Origin: a virus
Taxonomy: Duplodnaviria > Caudoviricetes
Length of the DNA stretch: 34,935 nt
Virus record (IMG/VR): IMGVR_UViG_3300044724_007490
Coordinates: 1-34,935 of that record
Strand: one strand, 5' to 3'
Notes under the pieces: model-generated
Database searches by the model: none
What the model was told of the DNA's origin: nothing
Seen by the model: the letters and a program-made list of their open reading frames with translations, nothing else
Program-made: the position numbers and the translations under genes
In this document: positions 1 to 7,949 of the stretch, piece by piece
How the letters are laid out: each line of letters begins with the position of its first letter
How positions within the stretch are numbered: the first letter of the stretch is position 1

Positions 1-1
1 A

Positions 2-277
2 GAGCTTATTCAACTTTATACTAAAGAAAACAAAAAAGATGTGTATGAGTTAGCTGAGCATTTTTCAAAAGGGTATAGAAGTGTTATTAGTAAACTTGTA
101 CAACTAAAAATCTATGAAAAACCTGTGATCGAAGATGATCAAAAATATCTTACAGTAAAAGTAATGCTAAGAGAGCTTGAAGATATTTTAGGCATTGAAG
201 TAGATGGTACAAACTTAAACAAAAAAGAGAACTTAAGCCTCTTATTAGAAGCAATCAAGGGTAAACTTAATAAATGA
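2..277 (+). CDS. T5 D3-like DNA-binding protein, 5'-truncated by the window edge
   Basis: The frame is open from base 2 (ELIQLYTKENKKDVYELAEHFSKGYRSVISKL...), so the 41 start is an artefact. The HTH-like 'ELAEHFSKGYRSVISKL' resembles T5 D3/D5 repeats, and the gene lies upstream of the ligase as D3 does in T5. Confidence 0.6.
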   Translation, partial: ELIQLYTKENKKDVYELAEHFSKGYRSVISKLVQLKIYEKPVIEDDQKYLTVKVMLRELEDILGIEVDGTNLNKKENLSLLLEAIKGKLNK

Positions 278-984
278 CGCAAGAACCTCATGAAGCATAT
301 ATGAAACGTAGATTTCTTGAAGAAGAAATTGAAGAACAAAAGTCAAGACTCAAAGATCAAGCAACTGGACATATACATACTACTATCAATGTTTTAGAAG
401 AAAGATATAAAGAGTTAACAGGAAAAGAGTATAAATCACCTAAAATTTATGAGTCACCTGATAAAGGTAAGACTGTTTATGAACGTGAATTTGGATCAAA
501 CGAACGAAAAATAGTAAAGCCTAAAAGTGCTTTTACTCAATATGGAAAAGATGAGCATGAGGTATTTTTAAATCAAGATGCTTTACGTGAGTTATTGGAC
601 GAGCAAGAAGGCTACTTTGAAGACGATCCACACCCAGATTTAAACTTTGATGACTTATTATTTGACGATGATGAGTTTCCTAATGAAGATGATTATTACA
701 CTGAGCCTGTTAAACATGCCTTTCATGAGCATGTCTATATAGATGAAATAAAAAACTACATTAAAAGCACGTATGAGCAACACTATGCACATGATGGAAG
801 ATTACAATCTACAGAAGTTATTATAGATCGTGGACGTGGACTTGAGTTTTGTTTAGGAAATATTGATAAATACTCTAATCGTTACGGATCAAAAGGTACA
901 GTAGATGATTATCGTAAAGACTTAATGAAAATAGCTCACTATGCAATAATTGCACTTTACTGTCATGACAAAAAATATTCATAA
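274..984 (+). CDS. DUF3310 (T7 gp1.7-like, putative nucleotide kinase) domain protein with a long acidic N-terminal extension
   Basis: C-terminal 'YIKSTYEQHY...EFCLGNIDKYSNRYGSK...KDLMKIAHYAIIAL' is the DUF3310 pattern. The start overlaps the upstream stop. Confidence 0.7.
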   Translation: MTQEPHEAYMKRRFLEEEIEEQKSRLKDQATGHIHTTINVLEERYKELTGKEYKSPKIYESPDKGKTVYEREFGSNERKIVKPKSAFTQYGKDEHEVFLNQDALRELLDEQEGYFEDDPHPDLNFDDLLFDDDEFPNEDDYYTEPVKHAFHEHVYIDEIKNYIKSTYEQHYAHDGRLQSTEVIIDRGRGLEFCLGNIDKYSNRYGSKGTVDDYRKDLMKIAHYAIIALYCHDKKYS

Positions 985-1468
985 TTTAGAAACTTATTTC
1001 AAAGATCAGTGGGAAACTACTGAAACAGACTCACATGTCGTTAATTTGGTTAAAAAGTCTAATGCTATACTAGACGTAGGATGCGGATTTAATCAGTATA
1101 AAAAATATAATGAAAACTTAGTTGGAATTGACATAGTTAACAAAAACGCTGATCACATTTGCGATATAATTGATTATGAAAATAAAAATCAATTTGATTT
1201 AATTATATGTTTTGGGTCTTTACATTTTTATAACTATGATTGGATAAATTTAAGACTAAAAAAAGTTATCAATATGTTAACTAGTAATGCAACTATTTGT
1301 ATGAAAGTAAATCCTGCAATACCTAATACTGATGGAAGTTACCTTCCGTGGTTTGAAAAATGGACGCCACCCCTTGTTGAACATTTTGCAGAATTGTATA
1401 ATTTAGAAATAAAAAATATACGTGAAGGTTCACGTAACAGACTAAAATGGGATTATATAAAAAAATGA
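965..1468 (+). CDS. Class I SAM-dependent methyltransferase
   Basis: Motif I 'ILDVGCG', then 'GIDI' and 'FDLIICFGSLHF'. The in-frame ATG at 965 is preferred over TTG at 950. Confidence 0.75.
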   Translation: MTKNIHNLETYFKDQWETTETDSHVVNLVKKSNAILDVGCGFNQYKKYNENLVGIDIVNKNADHICDIIDYENKNQFDLIICFGSLHFYNYDWINLRLKKVINMLTSNATICMKVNPAIPNTDGSYLPWFEKWTPPLVEHFAELYNLEIKNIREGSRNRLKWDYIKK

Positions 1469-2919
1469 ATTTATTTCCACTATTTGACCCGTCAACAGGG
1501 TTATATATTTTACTAACTTATGGGTTATTCGCTTTTGCAATGACTTATTGGTTTTCAAGAGGTTACAATGACTCAAAAACCTCATTCTTATTAGCTAGAC
1601 GAGAATTAAACACTTTTCAAGGTAGTTTATCAGTAGCAGCAGCATGGCTTTGGGCACCTGGATTATTTATATCTGCTCAACAAGCTTATGTAAATGGTCT
1701 AGTAGGACTTTTTTGGTTCTGTTTAGGAAATTTTTTAACACTTGGAGCTTTTGCATATTTTGCAAAACGCATTAGATTAGATAAACCTGATGGTTTTACT
1801 TTTTCAGGATATCTAAAAGATAAGTTTTCAGGTAGATTACAAACTTTATTTGTTGTAGAAATGATGATCTTAGCTGTCTGCGCTTTTGCTATAAATCTTT
1901 TGGCAGGGTCAAAAACAGTAGCAACTTTAACTGGAATAGACTACACTTTATCAACTGTACTTATGGCATTAGTTGCTATTTTATACTCTTTTAGAACAGG
2001 TCTTAAAGCTACTGTTATTACAGAAATTATTAAAATATGTGTAGTATGGGCAGGCGCTTTAATACTAGTTCCTTGGGCTATTTCAGCTGCTGGTGGTTGG
2101 GAGATTGTTTTAGCAGGTCTTGGGGGACGTACTGGAGAAGGATCTGCTATATTTGGTACTTCTTTTGCTTGGGGAATTTTCACAGGATTTGGAATGGCAG
2201 CTTTTTTAGGACATTTAGGAGGTCCTTGGGGAGACAATTCTTTTTATCAAAGAGCTTTTGCCATTAAAACAGAGTCTATCATTCCTGCGTTTGTAATAGC
2301 GTCATTTGTATTTATAGTTGTACCAATAATGATGGGTATGTTAGGATTTGTTGCTGCAGGATCAGGATTAGATATACCAAATAATATGGTAGGAGTAACT
2401 AATGCTATTACTATAGGAACTTTTTTACCTCCTATAGCTGCTATATTTTTTGTATTTATGGTTTTTGCTGGGTTAGTAGCTATATTAGACTCTCAATTTG
2501 CTTCAGTAGCTAATATGACTGGTCATGATATTTTTAATCAGTTTAAAGGTGGTAGTGAAATAAGTTGGGCAAGATGGGGGATGCTTGCTCTAGCTTTTGC
2601 AGGTATACTTGTAGCTAATATTCCTGGTATGCAACTTGTATATTTATTTTTATTCTTTGCAGTGCTAAGAGCAGCTGTTTGGCTACCTTCAATGATATCT
2701 ATACTAAAACCTTCATGGGTTACAGAATCAGGTATGTTTTGGGGTATCTTAATTCCTGCATCTATAGGTGAAGTGCTATTTGTACTTGGAAAGCTTGGAT
2801 ACACAGACACAGCATTTACAGGAACTCTAATAGCCATATTTGGCTCACCAATACTTACATTAGCGATATCAAATGTCAAAAAAATTAATAATATTAACAG
2901 GGCCGCAAGGATCGGGTAA
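1465..2919 (+). CDS. Sodium:solute symporter (SSS family, DUR3/PutP-like) membrane transporter
   Basis: About 485 aa with many hydrophobic segments. It contains 'SVAAAWLWAPGLFISAQQAY', 'GLKATVITE', 'FYQRAFA' and 'AILDSQF'. The ATG at 1465 forms an ATGA overlap with the methyltransferase stop. Confidence 0.8.
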   Translation: MNLFPLFDPSTGLYILLTYGLFAFAMTYWFSRGYNDSKTSFLLARRELNTFQGSLSVAAAWLWAPGLFISAQQAYVNGLVGLFWFCLGNFLTLGAFAYFAKRIRLDKPDGFTFSGYLKDKFSGRLQTLFVVEMMILAVCAFAINLLAGSKTVATLTGIDYTLSTVLMALVAILYSFRTGLKATVITEIIKICVVWAGALILVPWAISAAGGWEIVLAGLGGRTGEGSAIFGTSFAWGIFTGFGMAAFLGHLGGPWGDNSFYQRAFAIKTESIIPAFVIASFVFIVVPIMMGMLGFVAAGSGLDIPNNMVGVTNAITIGTFLPPIAAIFFVFMVFAGLVAILDSQFASVANMTGHDIFNQFKGGSEISWARWGMLALAFAGILVANIPGMQLVYLFLFFAVLRAAVWLPSMISILKPSWVTESGMFWGILIPASIGEVLFVLGKLGYTDTAFTGTLIAIFGSPILTLAISNVKKINNINRAARIG

Positions 2920-3502
2920 TCATCTTTGGTCTAAAATATTCGCTCTCCACCCAGAAGTTTTTGGGTGGAGAGATTTACTTAAAGAATACTGGATTCCTCA
3001 CGCAGAAGAGCCTTTTGCTAAGTATTGGCAAGATCCTAAGTTATTAAAAGATTTTAATTGGAAACAAAGTAATTACTTTGTAACATCTATTTCATGCCCG
3101 TTTGTATATAATAAAGCTATTCACATTCCTAATTATAAAGATTTTTATTTTTACGCTAATAAATATGCAGATATAAAATATTGTATAATTAGTAGAGACA
3201 TTAATATACTTAAGTTGCAACAGAAAAGAGTTAGAAATACAGTTACAGTAGACAACTTTAGTTTAAAAATAGTTGATGATAAAGATCATATTTTTTTAAG
3301 TACTGAATGTTTATATCAATATAATAAAGATTACTTAAAAACTCTCTCAAATCAATTAAGTTTTCCCATTGATTTTGCCTCAGATAAAATAAACAATATC
3401 TTAATTAAAAACCCAAATAAAAAATATATAAAACAAGCTAAACCTACTAAATTAGATGAATATGTAAAAAAAGTCAGTAATAAGAGTGAAAATCAACCTT
3501 AA
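2873..3502 (+). CDS. P-loop / sulfotransferase-like protein
   Basis: N-terminal 'LIILTGPQGSGNHLWSKIFALHPEV' resembles the 5'-PSB loop plus the L..HP motif of sulfotransferase-fold proteins. Confidence 0.5.
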   Translation: MSKKLIILTGPQGSGNHLWSKIFALHPEVFGWRDLLKEYWIPHAEEPFAKYWQDPKLLKDFNWKQSNYFVTSISCPFVYNKAIHIPNYKDFYFYANKYADIKYCIISRDINILKLQQKRVRNTVTVDNFSLKIVDDKDHIFLSTECLYQYNKDYLKTLSNQLSFPIDFASDKINNILIKNPNKKYIKQAKPTKLDEYVKKVSNKSENQP

Positions 3503-4130
3503 AAAAGAATTTGATAATTTAGTTTTAAAAAAACCTGAAAATTTTGTAATTATATTTTTTCATCGTGGAATGGCTGGGTCTGTGCTTTTAAGAATACTTA
3601 TTGCTCACAAAGAATTTCACCACTCTTTAAAAGATTTAGGGCAATCAGAGTATGATGATCCTTTAAAGTATCCAGATTCTATAGAGGGATTTTTTTATCA
3701 AAATCTTCATTATTTACCTTTTAAAGCGCAACATTTAGCTTGTGCCCACCTAGACTTTTATAACCCTTGGAACTCAGAAGAGGACTATCTTAGATATTTT
3801 AATCTTGTAAGAAAAAATAAAAAAATAGCTATCATGACACATAGATTTGATTTATACGAAAAATTTAAAAAATGTAAATGTCTATCTATAATAGCTACTC
3901 AACCTCTTAATAGAGATTTAATTTCTAAGGACATAATAAATCCAAAATTTTCTAGTGAAACTTTTACAGTAAACATTAATAATCTATTATCTAAAAATTA
4001 TGATAAGTTTTTAGATGAATATATTAAAATAGTTAACGAATTTAATTTAACTCCCATAGTAAATTCAGTAAGATCATTTATCTTAATGTGGATAGAAAGA
4101 CAAGAAAGATTTAATAAAAACCTTTCTTAA
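3486..4130 (+). CDS. Hypothetical protein, possible degenerate sulfotransferase/P-loop fold
   Basis: 214-aa ORF with a GTG start. 'IIFFHRGMAGSVLLRILIAH' resembles a PSB-loop-like segment. Confidence 0.45.
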   Translation: MKINLKKEFDNLVLKKPENFVIIFFHRGMAGSVLLRILIAHKEFHHSLKDLGQSEYDDPLKYPDSIEGFFYQNLHYLPFKAQHLACAHLDFYNPWNSEEDYLRYFNLVRKNKKIAIMTHRFDLYEKFKKCKCLSIIATQPLNRDLISKDIINPKFSSETFTVNINNLLSKNYDKFLDEYIKIVNEFNLTPIVNSVRSFILMWIERQERFNKNLS

Positions 4131-4151
4131 TGCTTAATTTTCAGATATATT
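4123..4151 (+). promoter_or_regulatory. Possible sigma70-like promoter giving a leaderless ligase mRNA
   Basis: TTTCTT-N17-TATATT, with the -10 ending 7 nt before the ATG at 4158. No Shine-Dalgarno sequence precedes the start. Confidence 0.35.
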
Positions 4152-4157
4152 CTTTAT

Positions 4158-5900
4158 ATGAATTACAAAGAACTCAAACAACTAATCCAAAAACATAATA
4201 AATCATACTATGATTTATCTGCTTCACAAATTTCAGACGCAGAATATGATCAGTTGTATGATAAGCTTGAAGCTCTAGAAAAAGCTCAAGGATGGAGAGA
4301 TCACGATTCGCCAACTAAACACGTTGGTGGTGCTCCAGGTAAAGTTACTCATCCACATAAACTATATTCACTTCGTAAAGTGTATGATATAGAAGAAGTA
4401 GATTCTTTTATGAGTGTCAAAGCTCCTAAAATTGATGGCGCTAATCTTTCTTTAATTTATCGTAGAGGTAAGTTAAAAATGGCTCTTACTCGTGGTAACG
4501 GAGAACAAGGCGAAGATGTAACTCATTTAGTAGAGTTCTTAAAAAATGCTCCAGCAAGGATAGACATAGGCGGATTTACAGAAGTTGTAATCAATGGTGA
4601 GTGTGTTACCGGAAATGATGTTGAAAACTATCGCAACTATGTAAGTGGTGCTCTTGGACTTAAAGATCCACTAGAGTTTGATAAAAGAAATATCAAATTT
4701 ATAGCACATGATTGGTTAGGTACTACAATCAACTACACTACAAGAATGAAAGTTATCAAAAATGCAGGATTTGAAACAGTGCTTGATGAAAGTGCTTGGA
4801 AATATCCTCAAGATGGGGTAGTGTATAGAACAGATTCATGGGAGAAAGAACAACAACTAGGGTGGACTTCAAAGTATCCTAAATTTGCTATTGCATTAAA
4901 AGAGCGTGAGGTAAATACTGCTATAACAACTTTACAAGATATAATATGGACTATTGGCCGAACTGGTACAGTAAACCCAACAGGTGTTATTGATCCTGTA
5001 GTATTAGATGATGCTACACTTTCTCGTGTAACTCTTCATAATATAGGTATAGTTGAAGAACATAACTTAGGCTTAGGAGATTTGATTGAGATTGAGCGTG
5101 CAGGTGGAGTAATACCTAAGTTTCTAAGAGTAATTAAACACTCTGAACACGGTATTAAGATCACACAAAAACACGCTGAAGAAACCATTGGTATGAAGAC
5201 AAAGAAAGATGGTCCTCGCCTATTGGTTAATGATAAAAGTAATATAAATACATCAAAAGTTTTAGAACATTTTATTAAAACTATTGATATTAAAGGATTA
5301 GGTCCTGCATCAGTTAAAAAGATGGGACTTACACATCCAGTAGATCTTTTTGAAGATCAAAACTGGAGCAAACTTGGCGCTAATGGCGTTAAAGTAGAAG
5401 CCGAGATAGAAAGAACAAAGACTAAACCTTATTCCTTAGTTCTTGCTTCCTTTGGTATTCATGGAGTTGGCAAACGTGCTTCCGATCTTATTGTGAAGCA
5501 TATTCCGGCCTTCAGGAATCTAAGAGACATAGAAGTCACACAAATTAAAGGTATTGGTCCTTCGACAATAGAATCGATCATATCTTGGCTTGACGAAAAC
5601 GAAGACTGGGTATATAATTTACCTCTTCAACTTGAGCAGAATGCAACAGTTGATGAAGTTATTGGTACTCCGTCTAGAAAAGTCTGTATTACAGGTAAAC
5701 TTGACATGACTCGTAATCAGCTTGCAGATGAACTTGAAAATCACGGATTTAAAGTTTCATCTACAGTAACTAAAGATTGCTATGCTTTAATAACAGGGGG
5801 TGATACCACATCTTCTAAATATAAAAAAGCTCAAACTTTTGGGATAGCCATAGTTGACTATTGGTCAAGCAAAAAAGATGTGTTATCTGGTAATTTTTAA
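4158..5900 (+). CDS. ligA: NAD-dependent DNA ligase, single polypeptide
   Basis: Domain Ia 'YY...ISDAEYDQL', motif I KIDG, 'TRGNGEQGEDVT', 'GRTG.VNP', 'TLHN', 'RAGGVIP', HhH 'KGLG/KGIGP' and a C-terminal BRCT 'VCITGKL'. Confidence 0.95.
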   Translation: MNYKELKQLIQKHNKSYYDLSASQISDAEYDQLYDKLEALEKAQGWRDHDSPTKHVGGAPGKVTHPHKLYSLRKVYDIEEVDSFMSVKAPKIDGANLSLIYRRGKLKMALTRGNGEQGEDVTHLVEFLKNAPARIDIGGFTEVVINGECVTGNDVENYRNYVSGALGLKDPLEFDKRNIKFIAHDWLGTTINYTTRMKVIKNAGFETVLDESAWKYPQDGVVYRTDSWEKEQQLGWTSKYPKFAIALKEREVNTAITTLQDIIWTIGRTGTVNPTGVIDPVVLDDATLSRVTLHNIGIVEEHNLGLGDLIEIERAGGVIPKFLRVIKHSEHGIKITQKHAEETIGMKTKKDGPRLLVNDKSNINTSKVLEHFIKTIDIKGLGPASVKKMGLTHPVDLFEDQNWSKLGANGVKVEAEIERTKTKPYSLVLASFGIHGVGKRASDLIVKHIPAFRNLRDIEVTQIKGIGPSTIESIISWLDENEDWVYNLPLQLEQNATVDEVIGTPSRKVCITGKLDMTRNQLADELENHGFKVSSTVTKDCYALITGGDTTSSKYKKAQTFGIAIVDYWSSKKDVLSGNF

Positions 5901-5944
5901 GAGATTTAAAAAGAACCAAGAAAGCAAAAACAGTCACTTTACGT

Positions 5945-5973
5945 TTGCTTTTAATAAAGTTTTTCTGTAATAT
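5945..5973 (+). promoter_or_regulatory. sigma70-like promoter for the D5-like gene
   Basis: TTGCTT-N17-TAATAT in an intergenic gap. TTGCTT is a typical T5 -35. It is followed by a 5' stem-loop TCAAGAG(5984-5990)/CTCTTGA(6001-6007) and a GAGGGG SD. Confidence 0.7.
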
Positions 5974-6044
5974 CTATAAATAGTCAAGAGAAACAAGAAA
6001 CTCTTGAGAACAATTCAAACAATAACGATCGAGGGGATCAATAA

Positions 6045-6728
6045 ATGTCAAAATTTGAATACACCGATGAAATGGTTGCTCGTATGCATGATGTTGCATC
6101 TGCAGGAGTAACAGAAGAGTTAATCGAATCTCTAATGGAAGAGTTCGATTTTCCACGTAGATCTGTAACTGCAAAGCTTCGTAAGCTTGGTTACGATGTA
6201 CCTAAAAAGCCTGGAGCAGCTCCTGTCTTTACACAAGAAGAGACAGACTCTCTAGCCGCATTCCTGAATTCAAACTCAGGTAACTTGACTGCAGAAGAAA
6301 TTGCTGAACAGTTCGCTGATGGTAAATTTACAGCACGTCAAATTAATGGTAAAGCACTTTCTCTGGAAATGACATCTCATGTCAAACCAGCAGAAAAGAA
6401 AGTGACTCCACGTACTTACTCTGAAGAAGAGGAAGCAACAATTACCTCAATGGTAAATGACGGCAAATTCTTAGAAGAGATTGCAGATGCAATGAGTCGT
6501 TCAGTCAACTCAATTCGTGGTAAGCTACTTTCAATGGGTCTTAAAGCACCTCAACGTGACAAGAAAGACGCAAAAGCTGATCCATATGCAGGCATTGAAG
6601 ATATGCTTGATCAAACTGTTGAAGAGATTGCAGAATCTTTTGATAAAACAGTTCGTGGTGTTAAGACAGTTCTTACTCGTCGTGGTCTGTCATGTGCAGA
6701 TTATACACCAAAAGCTTCTGGTGAGTAA
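6045..6728 (+). CDS. T5 D5-like DNA-binding transcription regulator (tandem HTH repeats)
   Basis: Three to four internal repeats (YTDEMV...RSVTAKLRKLGY; FTQEET...RQINGKALSL; YSEEEE...NSIRGKLLSMGL). It lies downstream of the ligase as D5 does in T5. Confidence 0.85.
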   Translation: MSKFEYTDEMVARMHDVASAGVTEELIESLMEEFDFPRRSVTAKLRKLGYDVPKKPGAAPVFTQEETDSLAAFLNSNSGNLTAEEIAEQFADGKFTARQINGKALSLEMTSHVKPAEKKVTPRTYSEEEEATITSMVNDGKFLEEIADAMSRSVNSIRGKLLSMGLKAPQRDKKDAKADPYAGIEDMLDQTVEEIAESFDKTVRGVKTVLTRRGLSCADYTPKASGE

Positions 6729-6748
6729 TCACCCTTCAAGCTGAAACT

Positions 6749-6778
6749 AAGGGGTGAGTAACATCACCCCTTTTTTTT
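6749..6778 (+). terminator. Rho-independent terminator
   Basis: AAGGGGTGA-GTAACA-TCACCCCTT stem-loop running into a T8 tract, directly after the D5 stop. Confidence 0.85.
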
Positions 6779-6788
6779 ATAGGTAAAA

Positions 6789-7097
6789 ATGACAAAAAAA
6801 TATATATTAGAAGATATACCAGATGAAGTTCTTGATCAGATACTGTCATTACAACCTAAATCTAAAAGTCATTACTTTTCTAAACTAGCTAAAGAATTTT
6901 ACCCAAATCTAAAAGATGAATCTGAAGAATATGTAGAACTTATTGAGTCTTATGTAAGTTCTTTTTATGTAGAAAAAATGTATAGAACAAATCGATTTTT
7001 CAATGAACGCTTTACTCCAGTCTATACAGATACAGGATTAATAAGAAATATCATAGCAGATTTATTCTATACAGATGATGACCTAATAACTCATTAA
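6789..7097 (+). CDS. Hypothetical protein (102 aa)
   Basis: ORF with an AGGT SD that fills the gap between the terminator and the next promoter. No motif recognised. Confidence 0.65.
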   Translation: MTKKYILEDIPDEVLDQILSLQPKSKSHYFSKLAKEFYPNLKDESEEYVELIESYVSSFYVEKMYRTNRFFNERFTPVYTDTGLIRNIIADLFYTDDDLITH

Positions 7098-7121
7098 CCC
7101 CACCCTAATTTAATAATTAAT

Positions 7122-7150
7122 TTGCGTAAATATCTTTTTTATGTTACTAT
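7122..7150 (+). promoter_or_regulatory. sigma70-like promoter with extended -10, heading the replication operon
   Basis: TTGCGT-N17-TACTAT with TGT immediately 5' of the -10, an AT-rich UP-like tract upstream, and an AGGAG SD before the ATG at 7173. Confidence 0.75.
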
Positions 7151-7172
7151 ACATAAAATATAGGAGTAGTTT

Positions 7173-7949
7173 ATGTCAAAACAGCAAGAAATTTCTGAAA
7201 CAAAAATTAGACAAGCAATATGGATGATTAAAGCAAAAAAGACTAAAAAGTCTATTTGTGAACACATTGGTATTGCTTACAATACTAAACGTCTTGATAC
7301 AATTATTAAAGATTTTCACGAAAAACAAGAGCGCGAGGCACAACTAAAAAAAGCCGCAAGAGCAAAAAAGTTTACATCTGAAGAGAAAAAAGCTATAGCA
7401 GCAGACTATCAAAACGGAGATTCCCAGTCAGCCATAGCAAAACGTTATTACATATCTCCTCAAAGGGTTAAAAACATATTAATCGAGATGAATGTCCCTA
7501 TCCGAGGAAGAGGTAAAAATGCTGCAGCTAAAGTTGATCATGTTATTCAAGATTTAGAAGTACGGTTTGCTAAAGGAGATAAAGTATTTTTAGCAGAAGA
7601 AAACTGTTTTGCAGAAGTACGAGAAGCCTATGACGAAGATTATATTGAGCAAATCGAAAACGGTAGACAAAAATATATAGAACTACATCCTTTTAATCCT
7701 GACCCTAAAACAGGTTTAGCAGGGTTGTATACAGAACCTCAGCAAGGAGTTCACTACGAGTTGTATTGGTTAATCGAAGGTGAAGAAAATCCTAAATGGA
7801 AACTAAATGCGTTCTTGCATCATCGTAATCAAATTAGTAAAATAATAGAAGATACTGGTAGAGAGTCTTATTTAATATATAAAACAAATGATTACGGAGG
7901 TTATAAATTTGTAACCCGTGATCAACTATTTCCTGTAAAGAGCACTTAA
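7173..7949 (+). CDS. T5 D2-like DNA-binding protein
   Basis: 'TKKSICEHIGIAYNTKRL', HTH 'YQNGDSQSAIAKRYYISPQRVKNIL' and 'FAKGDKVF' match my recollection of the T5 D2 pattern. Confidence 0.7.
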   Translation: MSKQQEISETKIRQAIWMIKAKKTKKSICEHIGIAYNTKRLDTIIKDFHEKQEREAQLKKAARAKKFTSEEKKAIAADYQNGDSQSAIAKRYYISPQRVKNILIEMNVPIRGRGKNAAAKVDHVIQDLEVRFAKGDKVFLAEENCFAEVREAYDEDYIEQIENGRQKYIELHPFNPDPKTGLAGLYTEPQQGVHYELYWLIEGEENPKWKLNAFLHHRNQISKIIEDTGRESYLIYKTNDYGGYKFVTRDQLFPVKST

